The translations under genes were made by a program, and so were the position numbers. Source: Camelus ferus (lineage: Eukaryota). Taken from it: a DNA stretch of 64,000 nucleotides. Positions 48,417 to 61,437 of this stretch are shown one piece after another (the first letter of the stretch is position 1; each line of letters begins with the position of its first letter). The stretch covers positions 104,718,001 through 104,782,000 of the forward strand of contig NC_045698.1 in the NCBI RefSeq assembly GCF_009834535.1, given 5' to 3'. Under the pieces are notes generated by a model that searched no databases, had not been told where the DNA came from, and saw nothing but the letters and a program-made list of their open reading frames with translations.

Positions 48417-49914
48417 AGCCGAGATACAAAGGTGTATAGATTTTATATAGTTAAGAAAGATTCCTGCCAATGGGCTTCCAACCCTGGCTGTGTCATAGAT
48501 TGACTACATCCTTGGGCGAGCAGCTTCCCTCCTCAGAGCTTCAGGTTTCCCATCCACGGCAGGGGGAAAGAACTAGCTATTCCTTAGGGCCTTGCCAAGT
48601 ATGAACAGGGATTTGACAGCAGAAACACCAGCGGGTTGCTAGGGATTTCTGAATGATGTTGTCATTCTAAAAGATCCTATCTCAGGCTTTAGTTATCAAA
48701 TAAATAAGGCACTTCCTTTTTTTCATTCTGCAGCTACTGTTTATATGCTCCAAAGAAGGCAGAGGAAGGAAGCCAGGGCTGCATCTCTTCATTATGGTGA
48801 TTCTCTTAGACAAACTGATCCCAAAATAGCCATTAAAGAGAATGTTTCACATTCAGTTAAATGAACAAATAACTGAAATTCAGTGGGTTAGGGGAGGGAG
48901 GAGCAAGTGGAAGGAGGCAAGTGAAGAGCCATAACCTGTGTGCACACAGAGCTGAATCTGCTGTGTGCCCACAGCAGCAGTATTTCCTCCAGTCCCCTTG
49001 ACTGGGCCTTACTCTCTGTCTCTTGTGGTCTTGTTGGGAGTTCAATTATGGTGGAGAACACTCAGTTCAAGTCTCAGCACAAGCACATGACAGGCAGGAG
49101 ACCTAAAGCAAGGTGTTTATTTTTGGCTCCTGTAAGCCTTACTTCCCTCGCCTGCAATTCTGCCTGCCTTTCAAGACCATAAGGATCAAATGAGCTAATA
49201 GGTGAGGAAGTGCCTGCTCACTCTGGGTGCTGTTTACAACAGTGTTGTCATTTTATAAAAACTCATTAAGCATTAAAACGCATTTATAAAAATGTACTAA
49301 GTCTGCTTAAGATTTTTGTACTTACATGTATGCTTTTTACTTCAATAAAACAACTCCCCCCCAAAACTATAAGAAATAAAAGGCGATTTAAATTTAGTTT
49401 AACTTATGAATTATCAGTAGTATTATGTGATAAGAAGTGATCTACAGCCAATAATGGGAGTAACTTTACAAAAAAGAGCTAAGTACTGCAGATTTTATAG
49501 ACATAGCTAAAATTCTGTAAATTATCCCTCACTTAATTCTAGCTTTGCAAAAAGAATGCATGTTTAGTGTAGAAAATCTGGGAACACAGGAAAGCACAGA
49601 GAAGAAAATTTTAAAATAACTATAATTTTACCTCCACATACTCAAAATTAAAATTCCTCTGTGAATTACAAATGCTACTGGACTACTAAGGGTCTGACTG
49701 GTGAAAATGTTCTTTATTCTTTTTCTTCTTTTCTACTTCTTAACAGACTCAGAAATCAAGAACTCATAAGCCAGGTCTAGATGGCAATACAAGGGCCTAC
49801 AGAAACCAGGAAGGCCGGATAACAAGTGAAACACCTGAGACGCACCATTGCAAGTGCAATGATAAATGGCAGCTGACCGCTGGCCTGAAAGAAGAGTACG
49901 TTAGGGAGGAGTAG

Positions 49915-50145
49915 GGACCGTGGCAAACTCAAGACCATGTGCCCCAGGAGCTAGTTGGCTCCAACGCATCCTTGCATATTTCCAGTGTGGCTGGATCACT
50001 GATATTTCTAAGAGAAGTTGAGCATAGAGATATGTGAAAGTCCCCAACTTTTAAATGTTAGTGCTTAATTAATGTTTTAACTCTCTAAGCCAAACCAAAG
50101 ACATCTGTCAAATGTGGCCTATGGCTGCCATTTTCAACCTCTGCT
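49915..50145. mobile_element. hAT-Charlie MITE remnant (MER102/103-like)
   Basis: Termini GTGGCAAACTC and GGCTGCCATTTTCAACCTCTG; internal ACTGATATTTCTAAGAGAAG. Confidence 0.5.
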
Positions 50146-50739
50146 AAAGCCAAAGAGGGTAGGGGAGGATTCACTGAAGGTCTTAGACAGGGAAGTAACA
50201 ACAGAAAATTTCTGAGAAATTCCTGAGGCAGCTGATGTGCAGGAGAGATTGGAGTGGGGAGAAAGTAGAGATAGCGGAAAGATAATATTCCAGGTGAGGG
50301 ATGATTGGTACTTTAACTGGGGCAGTGGAGAGGGAAGCTGGAGAGAAGAGGAGGGGGTGCAGTGTTAGGAGAACTGATGCACAGAGGGGCCTAGGAGCCC
50401 AAGAGGGGTGCCAGTGTTGCAGCTTTGCCTAGAACCCTGTGGACTCACTCTCTAAGTTTAAGGAAGGAAGTGCCTTGTTTGATAATAGACAACTGTAGAG
50501 GAGGAACCACTCAGTATTAGAGATGCCTCCTCCCAAAATAGCAAAAACACTAAAGCCGCGATTACAGGGCTTGAAGGCACAGCCGAGAAGGTGGTGAAGG
50601 GAAGGGCCTGAGGGCTGAGCGGTCTGGACCAGAGTCCAAGGGAAGAAAGGAGGAACAAAGTCAGAAGCAAGTCCTATACCTTGAATGCTTAGTCTGAAGA
50701 AGAAAAGGCACAAGGGAAACAGAAGTTGTTTGGCTTCCT

Positions 50740-51300
50740 GGCGAAACGTATTTATTGAGCATCTACCTGTGTGTGTTGGGGTAGGGGTTCCAGCTGGTGC
50801 TGGGTTTGGGGGTATAGCAGTAAGCAAAAGCAAATAAAAATCAATGTTGTTCCTACCATGAGGGAGTTTTCTGGAAAGATAATGATTGAATAGCCTCACA
50901 AACAAATGCAAAGGTGCAAAACTGAAATAAGTGCTGGGAAGGAGAGTGGTATATGTCCTGAGAGTGTGTCCCAGAGGGCTGGGACCTGCATTTCCATAGG
51001 AAATGATGATTCATCTGAGAGCTAACAGATGAGTAAGCACTAATGATATAAACAAGGGGAAGGAAAGGCTTTTAGGCATCAGGAACAACACATGCAAATA
51101 CCCAACCCATGGGAAGGACTGAGAAGGCCACTGTGGTGCGGCATGCTGCAAGGTCTTCAAAGACCTGCAGGGCTGTGGGATGGAGGAAGGATGACGTATG
51201 TTCTGTGCGGTCTGCAGATGCATCCACTAGGGGTGCCACAGACACACTTCCCGTAAAAGACTGATGGGGGTGTTTGGGCTTTGTTGTTTTTAGTTCATTA
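50740..51300 (-). mobile_element. L2a-type 3' end
   Basis: AAACGTATTTATTGAGCATCTACCTGTGTG...GGGATAGCAG-like, CAAAAATAAGTGC-like motifs. Confidence 0.7.
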
Positions 51301-51390
51301 AAATAAAAAGCTATCACTTATTCAGGTTCACATGTCCCAGGCCTTGTTCTAAATAATTGTCTCATGAATCTACATGCTAGCCTCAGAAAG

Positions 51391-51893
51391 TACATGCTCC
51401 CTTTACCATTGCTGTGTAACAAACACCCCCAAAACTTAGTGGCTTAAACAACAATCATTTTATTATTATGTCTCTTGACTGTGAAAGAGGCTCAGCTGGG
51501 TGGGTTCTGCTTGGGGCTTGTCATGGGTTTACAGCCAGATGGTGGGTAGGGCTGGGCTAGAGTGGCTGGAAGGCTCCGGGCATCTCTCTCCAAGTGGCTT
51601 CTCCACCTCATGGCTAGTTTGAGCTGCCTCTTCTCATGAGGTCTCTTGGTAGTATATATGGCAGAGGTCTTCCCCCAGGGCAAGTAATTGAAGTCTTATG
51701 CGGAAGTTGCCAGTCCTCATAAAAACTAGCGCCCAAAATGCCAGTGTCACTTCTGTTGTATTCATTGTTCACAGCAGTCACAAGTCAGACCAGATTCAAG
51801 GAGGTGAAAGAATAAAAGCCATCTTTTGATGGCGCAATGGCATGTGTATACAGGAGGGAAGGAATCAATGATGGCCATTGGAGATGTCACCAC
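51391..51893 (-). mobile_element. Old MaLR LTR (MLT1H/I/J-like)
   Basis: ATTGCTGTGTAACAAACACCCCCAAAACTTAGTGGCTTAAACAAC...CAGATTCAAGGAGG...CACCACA. Confidence 0.85.
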
Positions 51894-53769
51894 AGCAGAA
51901 TAGGACAAATGAAGGGATCGAAGCTAAGAAAGAAAGTTGTGCAAGATCACAAAGCCAGCAGCAAGTGGCAGAACTAGGATGCAGATTCAGGTTTATCTGA
52001 CTCCAAAACATCCTGCATTTAAGCACTGTGATATTCTTTTACTACGGCAGGATGAAGCAATAAGAAAAGTCCTGGGTTCTGCTCCCAGCGCGGCCTCCAA
52101 CTAGCTCTGTGACATCAGATAAGCCCCTTCCTGTTTGTGGTCGTCAGGCTACTCCTCTATGCAATGAGAGCTGGGTGGCTTTAGGATTCTGAAGGTCTGA
52201 GCGTCTGTATTGCATCCTCTGAGCTGGTGTTTACCAACTGGCTCCTTCACCCACTTTGCACATCAGCATGTCAGCTCCATGGCCAGGCAGGAGCCTCTGT
52301 TCTTCCCTTTCCTCTTAGCAACACTCCACTTTGCTCCCCTGGCTGCTCTGTTTACCTACCCTTTCCTCCACTTCCCGGTAACCATAAACAGTAAGCAATG
52401 CCTTAGGTCTCTCCCTCTCAACAGCCACTCCTGAGGGCTAGTTTCATTCTTGATAGGGGAATTAACAAAGGCTGAGGCCAACATCTTTTTTATGCCAGAC
52501 AGGGAACAGCAGGCTTTGCTGCTCTTTGCAGGTAACTGGTACGTCACAAGAGTGTTATCAAATGAGAGCCTGTCTAAATGAATGCATGCCCTTGCTGTGT
52601 GCAAACTGCCAGACTGTAAGCTAGATGGGAAACCCATTGAGGACAGGAATTGCAGCTGATTTATTCATCACTGTATCAACAGCATTTTAAAAAGTGTCTG
52701 GCCCATAGTGTATAATCAAAACATATTCACTGGTTGCACCAGTTAATATTTTTTTTTAAATCCCTGACATTTGATTCTGTAAGTTTCCCCTTTATGGTCC
52801 AATTCATCCTTAAAAATTTTCAGGTTTAACTTTCCTCCTCTGTCTAGCCTCCTCTGTCATTCTGGCACTCTGATTTTTTTTCTTCTCCTTTTTGGTCTTT
52901 GGGAGTCTAATAATTTTTCCTAGGAACATTCCCTTTCAACTTAAGCCACTGAAGTTTAAGCTTGCCTGCAGGCCTTTTCCTCTTCTGTTTAGTCTCAACT
53001 AAAACACAAGAATAAAAAGCTGTAAAAGAGATTGAGAGTCAGAGCCCTGGCTTCTCAGCCATTCCTCCAACTGTCCTTGTATTTCTCAACATCCTTCCTC
53101 ACTGTGGATCTCAGTTTCCCCACTGGTACCGTGAGAGGGTTGGAATATTTTTTAGCGGATATGTTTTTAGCAGTGGAAGATTAGCACAAATCTAATCTCA
53201 TGCAAAGGCAGGACACAGAATGCAACTACAGGGGGAGCAGCACTGTTGTGGGGACGCAGGACCTCCCCCCACATCCCTTTGAGGCCCCTCTGCTAAAGCA
53301 GGGGCTCTACCGAGCGAGGCAGTTCTTGAGGGCACTCCAATTCTGAGGCGGAACGATTCATAGCCCTTTTAATTCACAGGGCTGTCAAACAGGGCTACAT
53401 CAGCAGAGATGCACACTCACATACACTCCAAACAGGAAACAGACCCCAGAAACGGCTTTAGATAGCTCAGTCTTCTCTCTTAGAGCTTCCTCATTTGTTC
53501 AAGTTTTTGCCATCTTCATTTCCTGGTTCCTTCTCGACTCTTTCCTCTTCCTTCTCCAAAGAAGTTGCTAAGAATTCTAATAATTTCTACTCTTACTTCT
53601 TTGCTGTTCTCTATTGCACCTCCCCCTCCCCACCCTCCGTCTCTATAGTCACAAATTTATTGTAGAGTTCACTAACTTTTACTTGAATTGCACCTCAATT
53701 TCTTCACCCCCCCAAAAAAAAGGTAGTTAAAAGAAAAGACTCTTGTGGCCATGACAGTGTATTCTAGAA

Positions 53770-55280
53770 TTCTATGGGCATTACTTATTTTTTTAATTAA
53801 GTTGCACTTTTAGTAGTACTCAAAGTAAAAATTCAAACAGAACAGATGAGTAAAAAATGAAAGTAAAAGTACACTGTCCTGCCTTCCTCATCTCCCAATC
53901 CTTGGTCCCTTATATTAAACAGTTAATTGATTCTGAGTGTCTTTCCAAAATATGTTTGTGAAAATAGTAACATATGTTATGTATACAAAAAGGTGATACA
54001 CATACTGCTCTGGTTTAATGCTTTTCACTTAATATCTTGGAGAGCTTTATCTATTACATGTATCTATCCATGTATTCTTTTGAACTGCAGCATAAAATCC
54101 ACTGTTCAGCTACACTAATTTGTTTAAGCTATTTACACATCTCCCTATTGATGTGTATTTGTGTTGTTATGTAGATGCCACATACAATGGTTTGTTTACA
54201 AAAATGGGGACATGTTATCCTGTTGTACAATTAACTTTCTTACTTCATGATATATTTTGGATATTGTTTCAGATCAGCAGTTACAGAGCTACCTCTNNNN
54301 NNNNNNNNNNNNNNNNNNNNNNNNNNNNNNNNNNNNNNNNNNNNNNNNNNNNNNNNNNNNNNNNNNNNNNNNNNNNNNNNNNNNNNNNNNNNNNNNNNNN
54401 NNNNNNNNNNNNNNNNNNNNNNNNNNNNNNNNNNNNNNNNNNNNNNNNNNNNNNNNNNNNNNNNNNNNNNNNNNNNNNNNNNNNNNNNNNNNNNNNNTGG
54501 GGTACATTCTAAAGATGCTGACAAACGTAGAATGACATGTATCCACCTTTGTCAGANNNNNNNNNNNNNNNNNNNNNNNNNNNNNNNNNNNNNNNNNNNN
54601 NNNNNNNNNNNNNNNNNNNNNNNNNNNNNNNNNNNNNNNNNNNNNNNNNNNNNNNNNNNNNNNNNNNNNNNNNNNNNNNNNNNNNNNNNNNNNNNNNNTG
54701 TTATGTAACCTTTTCAGACTGGCTTCTTTCACTTAGTAATATGCATGATGTTTCTTCTATGTCTTNNNNNNNNNNNNNNNNNNNNNNNNNNNNNNNNNNN
54801 NNNNNNNNNNNNNNNNNNNNNNNNNNNNNNNNNNNNNNNNNNNNNNNNNNNNNNNNNNNNNNNNNNNNNNNNNNNNNNNNNNNNNNNNNNNNNNNNNNNN
54901 NNNNNNNNNNNNNTGCTGCTACAAATATCTATGTTTGCACAATAATCCATTATGTCAATATATCAATTTATTCAGCTATTCTTCTTTTACAAACACTTAG
55001 ATTATTTCCAATTTAGGGGTTTTTTTTAAAGTATGCCAAACAATACTGCAAAGAATATCCTATACATATATCCTTTGCATATCTGTATGTATATATCTCC
55101 AAGAGAAATTCCTAGATTCCTAGCAGTGCAATTGCTGAGTCAAAAGGTATGTGCATTTTCAATTTAAATGGGACAATAACTGTCTACCCCAGTCTGGTTC
55201 CAACCCTGAGTTTTTGTAAAGCCTTCAATTTTGCCAGTGTGGTCGATAAAAGAAGGTTTCTCGTTGTTGTTTCTGAATTT
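53770..55280 (-). mobile_element. Old L1 (L1ME host with L1MB/MC-type insert), partly N-masked
   Basis: TTTTCAGACTGGCTTCTTTCACTTAGTAATATGCAT; TTCCTAGCAGTGCAATTGCTGAGTCAAAAGGTATGTGCATTTT. Confidence 0.7.
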
Positions 55281-55289
55281 CATATATTG

Positions 55290-56170
55290 ATCCACTCACT
55301 TCCTTTTCTCACTCATTGCCCAGATGACCACACCATATGCTCCCACAGCATGCCAAACATCCTTCTCCCTGTGTCAACCTGAATTCTCTGCTTCCTATCC
55401 TGTATGTTCTCAGAGCAATAATCACAATCCCCTATAGGAATGCAGCCCTTTGCCAGCAGCCAGCCCCAGAACTGCACACACATTAGTGCATTTGATCTCA
55501 CCACCAGTTTGGCGGGAGACAGGAGAGGAGTAAAATCTGCTTTATAAATGTGGAACCAAAGACCTGGCATCCAGCAAGGTCCACAGGAGCAGAGCCATGT
55601 CATTCCCCTTGCCAAATCGGTTTCTTTCCTTATCCGCTACTTTGGCACAGGGCTGCTGGGCACATCTCTGTAAAACAGCCTCATTTATCCCACCAATGAC
55701 TACCTCCCCCCCCCCCCCAATTTTAGCTCTCTATGGCTAAAATTGCCTACTTGCCTCCTTCCATGATTTCTCTTAAACCTCAACTGCTTGTCCTAGCATT
55801 CAGGGGCTTTCAAAATACATAGTATAACTCACATCTTACTGTTCCCTCCTCATAGATCAGATGTTGTAGCTCTCCTGGAATAGCTGTTATCCTTCAAACT
55901 CAATTCAAGGTGTCCCAGTTCCAAGTGCAAACGCCACGTCTCCTCCATGGTACCCCCTCCTTCCGTGCCTGACTACCCACATCACGCCCATCCTTCAAGC
56001 ACAGCTCCGTGGACACCAACGGAAAAAAAGTTTTTAAGATTTCTCTTTATCTCCTCCCACATAACTAACAAGACCAGCCCTTTGTTGAACACAGATTTCT
56101 TATACCTCTTTTATAGGCTTTAATCACACCCCCTGTCATACCATAATGATCCTTCTTTGCTATGTTATAG
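55290..56170 (+). mobile_element. L2 fragments
   Basis: CCTTCAAACTCAATTCAAGGTG...TTATAGGCTTTAATCACAC. Confidence 0.45.
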
Positions 56171-56384
56171 TAAATCTTGGAGGCAGCTAACTGTGTCCCC
56201 CTAGGGCTTTAAGCAGGACCTGGAAGTAGTAACTAAGGTGCCCCAATACTCCAGTACATGTTTTGTAACATAGCAAAAATGGAATCATTTCATACAATCT
56301 GGTATACAATTTGCTTTTACACCTTAATGATAAAGCATGGACAACTTCCTGAGTCTGCAAGTTTCAACCTACTTCATTCTTTTT

Positions 56385-56810
56385 ATTTATTTATTTTCTT
56401 TTTTTTCACTTTTTTTTAAACTTTTTTTTATCGAGTTATAGTCATTTTACAATGTTGTGTCAAATTCCAATGTAGAGCACAATTTTTCAGTTATACGTGA
56501 ACATACATATATTCCATGTCACATTTTTTTTTCACTGTGAGCGGCCACAAGATCTTGTCTATATTTCCCTGTGCTATACAGTATTATCTTGTTTATCTAT
56601 TCTGCATATGCCTGTCAGTATCTACAAATTTCAAACTCCTAGTCTGTCCCTTTCCACCCCCCTCCCCCTTGGCAACCACAAGTTTGTATTCTATGTCTAG
56701 TAGTCTGTTTCTGTTTTGTACTTTTTTTTTTTTTTTTTTTTTTTTTAGATTCCACATAGGAGCCGATCTCATATGGTATTTTTCTTTCTCTTTCTGGCTT
56801 ACTTCACTTA
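56385..56810 (-). mobile_element. Camelid-type young L1 3' end nested in an L1ME remnant
   Basis: T-rich tail, GAGTTATAGTCATTTTACAATGTTGTGTCAAATTCC...GGCAACCACAAGTTTG...TTAGATTCCACAT...GGCTTACTTCACTTA. Confidence 0.9.
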
Positions 56811-57209
56811 TCTGATATTTAAGGAACAAATTTCTAGCAGGACAATTGCTAGGTGAAAGGATATATTCATTTTACATTTTAATAAATGCTACCAATTCTC
56901 TCCAAACAGCTTGTGACAATTTATTTAGTTTTAAAAAATCCTATTAGTCTCTTGGCTACAGACTACTTATTACCTGGTATTTACCTGCTCTTTTGGAAGT
57001 CTTCCCCGTGCCTCCTCCCCAGAGTTTAAGTGGGGAGATAGGGTACTGAATTAGTCCTCTATTGTCTGTAAAATTAGGTTCCTAGCTCTATCATGGTATT
57101 TATTTCATTACTAACCACCACTGCTAGCCTGTGAGTTTCTTAAATGCAAGGACACTGCCTTGTTCATTTCTTTATACCCCTCAGCCCCATACTTTAAGGA
57201 TATCTAAGT

Positions 57210-57251
57210 AAATGTGTGTGTGTATGTGTGTGGGCATGTGTGTGGGGGGGG

Positions 57252-57290
<39 letters not shown>

Positions 57291-57293
57291 TGT
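57210..57293. repeat. Compound (TG)n microsatellite with G9 interruption
   Basis: Read directly; uninterrupted purine/pyrimidine alternation at 57252-57293. Confidence 0.95.
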
Positions 57294-57619
57294 CGGGGGT
57301 GGGGGCCCTGTAGATGAGGAAAGAAGGGAAGAAGGTGGAATAGGAGGCTGCTATGAGTGGAAGAAGGGACCTGGATGAAGCCCAGAGGCTCATGGCCAAC
57401 AACTGCCAACCTCTAACATCCTTTCTGTTTTTAGAAATCGTGACCAGGATGCTGGTCCAAAATCTTGCTCATTTGGCCTTTTCCCCATTACTGATTGGAA
57501 AGTGCTGCCTCTTGACTGCAGCCTCCAGCAGTCTGGTAAAACTTAGTTGCAAGACCTTGACAAACAGCGCGTTTCCACCTCAGCAGCCTGAACGTGCTGT
57601 CCTTTTCGTTGAGTCTGAG

Positions 57620-58690
57620 TTCTGAGTAAGTGGTTCAGAGCTGGGCTTTGGATCAGACAGAGCTGGGTTTGAAGCCATTCTGCTCCTCCTTTTACCTAAC
57701 CTGGAGCAGACTGCTTACTGTCTTTAAACCTCTGTTTTCTCATCTGTGAAATGGGAATAACTATGCCCAACTCTCTGTGTTGTGCAGAAATGAGAATAAA
57801 AGAAGAAAGTAAGTATGCAAGGTGCCACACATACACAAATAATAAGTAAAAACTAGGCCCTCTGTCTTTCAGACCCCTTAACAACCACCTGATTCATCCT
57901 TCCCACTTTACAGATGAGGAAACTCAGGCTCAGGGAGGAGCAGTCACACATTAGGTGTGAGGGCCAGGATGGACTCTCCTCCTCTGAGCCAGCACACGTT
58001 TCACTCCCCAACAGTGATTAGCCTCGGCCTGTCATCTGAACCTCCTCTCCCTGAGCCAGTGAGGTCTTTCCCTCTGGCACCAGTAGAAGACATAGCTTGG
58101 GAGAGAGGCCAGCCCTGCTCCTTTCTGAGTCACCTGAAGGCATTTGCCTGTCTTCCCCAGCCACATCCATCTTCTCCCGTGATTTCCCCATCAACCCTGC
58201 TTTTTGCCTTCCTTTCCTCCAGCACTGCTTGATCCCCACAATTGTTTCACCTCTTCTTTCCTAAAGGGCCCACAGACATGGGGCTCCAGTGCCGGGCAAC
58301 TTGCAGTTAGGGGGTCTTTAGCCCACAAGGTTGCATACACCATCTCTTGTCCATGGGAGGTTTCCTGAGTGCCATGGCTAACAGACCTCTCCACGAATCT
58401 CTAGTTCTAACATCACTAATTAATGCAGCACTTACTATGTGTCAGGCCAGTTTTAACCACGTTGCAGGTATTAACTCATTTGTCCTTCTTAACACCCACC
58501 AAGAGGTTATGAGATATTATCAACAGCCCCAATTTACAAGTGAGAAAGTCGAGACAGGGAGATTAAGCAACTTGCTGAGGGTTTTACAGCTAAGAACTGG
58601 AGGTAGAAGGACTTCATACGAAGCAGTTGGCCCCGAAGATACTGCAGAGCGCCTCACAGAATCAGGTCGTGCCTGGGTTTTTGTCTAAAA
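57620..58690. mobile_element. MIR cluster (+ about 57620-57850; - about 57880-57960; - about 58400-58690)
   Basis: CCTCTGTTTTCTCATCTGTGAAATGGGAATAA; CCCACTTTACAGATGAGGAAACTCAGGCTCAG; GCACTTACTATGTGTCAGGC. Confidence 0.8.
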
Positions 58691-59589
58691 CCACATACTG
58701 TTTTTGCTTCTCCCACTCCCTGCTGGTTTCTCTTGGGAGCCCTTCATTCCTCGATCACTTGCACACAAACCCTCATCTCAGAGGCAGCTGCTAGGAAACC
58801 CAACCTAAGACTTCTTCCAACAATCCACCCCCAAGGCTACCACCATTGGTAGTCTGATGTATACGTAGGATTTTTTTCCCATGTCAGATAAATACATTTA
58901 TTCATTTAAAGGACTGCCCTTAGAGAAACAATTATAAAGTTGTGAAATTGAAGCTGTGCTAGAAAATCTAGGGTGATGATAATGACGATGGTGATAGGAT
59001 GACAATGATAAACACACTCTTGGAACATTGTGCTTAGTTCCTGAAATGCATTATTTAATTTAGCCATCAAAAGAACCCTCCAAAAGTACTGCTATTCAAG
59101 GAATGCTTCCACTGTAACAACAACCACCAAAAGACACATCACCCCAAATCTATTTATCTTCTAATCATTATGGTATTTTAACTTACATTTTGCTGTCTAA
59201 CCAAAACCCCAAACTCGATATGGCTATATCAGAATTCATCACTCCTTCCTGTTCTACAGACAGGCCACTGCTCTTGTCATTCCTGCTCAGCAATAGACCC
59301 CACTCCTTTGACTCATACCCCAACCCCCAGCCAATCCAAGTTATGCTTATTTGTCTTGACTTCTGCTGTCTTGTCTCTCAGTTCTCTCCTCCCCTTTCTA
59401 AATCCAGTTTTTCATACATCCTTTCTGTCCCCTTAACAATCACCCAAGGAGTTTTATCTTCATTTTACATACAAACATTCTGAGGCCCAGAGGTCTCAAG
59501 TAGAACACCTGCAGACTCAGCTGGTTAAGGGAAGAATCAGGATTGGAACTAGATTCATTTGGCTCCAAAGCAGTGCATCCCATTAGTGC

Positions 59590-60065
59590 AAGTCTGGGGC
59601 TGAGATACCTTTGGGTGTGATAAAAAATTATTTTAAGCACTTCAGTAACACTACATTAAATAAGTGTACGACTTTGGCGTTATTTGCATCCTTTTCAATT
59701 TTCTTTCGATGTTTTAAAACAAATGGGGAAAGTCCCATTTAGTGCTAGAATACCATTAATATCTCCCTGGCACTTGCTAATACTCCTTTTCAATAAAAAT
59801 GAAAGCAGGCCTCAGGCTCAGAACTTTGGTGGGCAACAAAATCTAGCTAGAATTCATTAACATCGTTTTGTTTTCATGGTTATCTTCTATTTACAGGCAA
59901 TGACATCAGTTTTCCACGTGCAGTAATGGCAGTAACACAAAATTTTCTTTAAAAATAAATGTATTTGAGTTTTAGAAGTATGTCAGTGTCAAAAACAAGT
60001 ATTTAGTAAATAATAGCACACCTGCTACTCAGAATGGCGGGAATCACAATAGTGAAGTATGCAAA
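59590..60065. mobile_element. hAT-Charlie-derived element (MER115/119-like; family uncertain)
   Basis: GCAGGCCTCAGGCTCAGAAC...TCTAGCTAGAATTCATTAACATCGTTTTGTTTTCATGGTTATCTTCTATTTAC. Confidence 0.6.
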
Positions 60066-60619
60066 AAAAAAAAAAGGTATTCTATAGGATATTGACAGTT
60101 TTGGCTTGCCAATTCAGTAACTCTTCAGAGCTGGACCCCACCTCCTCAATGGCCCTAAGTGTGCTTCCTTCAGTTTAGAATAAGAGGGCTCTTTGATGTC
60201 ACCTAACCCTACCTCCCATTTCACAGATGAAGATTGAGGCTCTAAGAAAGAAGGTGATTTCTTTAAGGTTATGTATAACATTATACATGTTCTGGGACCA
60301 GAACCTAGTCTCCTTATCCCCCATCCACGTTCTCTCCTCTTGCACCAAACTGATGATGACCGGCATTCACCACTACACACTGTTCATACCCACATCTGAA
60401 GGAGGCGCCAAGCAATCCCACTCAGATTCAGCAAGGAAATTAAGCCCTGTTCCCTAAGACATCTATAACACTGCATGTAATGACTTCATTTTTCTCTCAT
60501 ATTCTTAGGAGGGTAATAGCTGTGTACCATCCTTGGGAGAATTGGGAAGAACAGCCACTCAAATATTTTGCTGTAGGGTTTAATTCTCTTCCAAAAGCTT
60601 TACTGATGAAAGCTGCTAG

Positions 60620-60920
60620 AGTTAGCGCCTTTGGATGACTGATTGTCCTTAGGCTAAGGAGTCCTTCATATGACCAACTGAAGTTCCTCTTACTTTAATT
60701 TAATGCTATCTCTCTTTGTTCAGTCCCCCTGAAGTGCAGAGAATTTATTAGTATGTCTCTCATAAAATGCTGGCATAGCAGGAAATTAAATTCATCTGGT
60801 ATAATCAGCCATCCTGAAAGCTTTGCTGGTTGCTCTGCTTACTTTATGGTTGCCAAGGTGATAGTAAATGGATTGTTTGATGACTTGTTCTAGGATCATT
60901 CTAGGTATTAATGCTAAGTT
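60620..60920 (-). mobile_element. L3/CR1 fragment
   Basis: GGTTGCCAAGGTGATAGTAAATGGATTGTTTGATGACTTGTTCTAGG resembles antisense CR1 ORF2. Confidence 0.55.
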
Positions 60921-60929
60921 TAGACATTG

Positions 60930-61300
60930 TCAAACCCAAGTATGACTAGAAAGAGACCTGCCATGATAGTAAAGAAGACTCTAGATCCAAGGGAACAGAA
61001 ATATTTAACCCAAAGAGGAGAAAGCTCAGGAGAGCTCAAAGGGATTCTCCCAAAGGCTTAAGGACAAGCTTGGGGAATAGAGAGGAGACTTGTTTTGAGT
61101 GGCCTCAAGGGGGCAGACTGAAGATCCATGGATAGAAGCTATAAGAAGGTGGATTTCAGTTAAATATCTGGATGGTTGGAGACATAAACACTGCTGAAAG
61201 GAACTGGTGAGCTTGCCTACATTACAGATGGCTGTCAAAGAGTTCTCGTGGATTCACTGTGTAACGAGCTGACTAGACTGCGACGTGCTTCATTCAAAAC
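60930..61300 (+). mobile_element. L3/CR1 3' fragment
   Basis: GAAATATTTAACCCAAAGAGGAGAAAGCTCAGG...GGAGACTTGTTTTGAGTGGCCTCAAGGGGGCAGAC...GGATTTCAGTTAAATAT. Confidence 0.6.
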
Positions 61301-61437
61301 CCACTAACATCCCATCCAGCTATATAACTCAATGATAATGGTCATTTCAAGAATTCCATTCTTCTTTCTAAGGAAACAAGTTTTGTTCCTTTTAAAATTC
61401 TTTTTCACAGAAATTCAAATTAAAAACAAATTACTCC

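Noticed and set aside
50429-50911. 160-aa minus-strand ORF
   Set aside because: It starts inside an L2 3' end and shows no recognisable homology.
51224-53240. Weaker CTCF-like matches at 51224-51237 and 53225-53240
   Set aside because: They mismatch the core, lack a correctly spaced upstream module and lie inside repeats.
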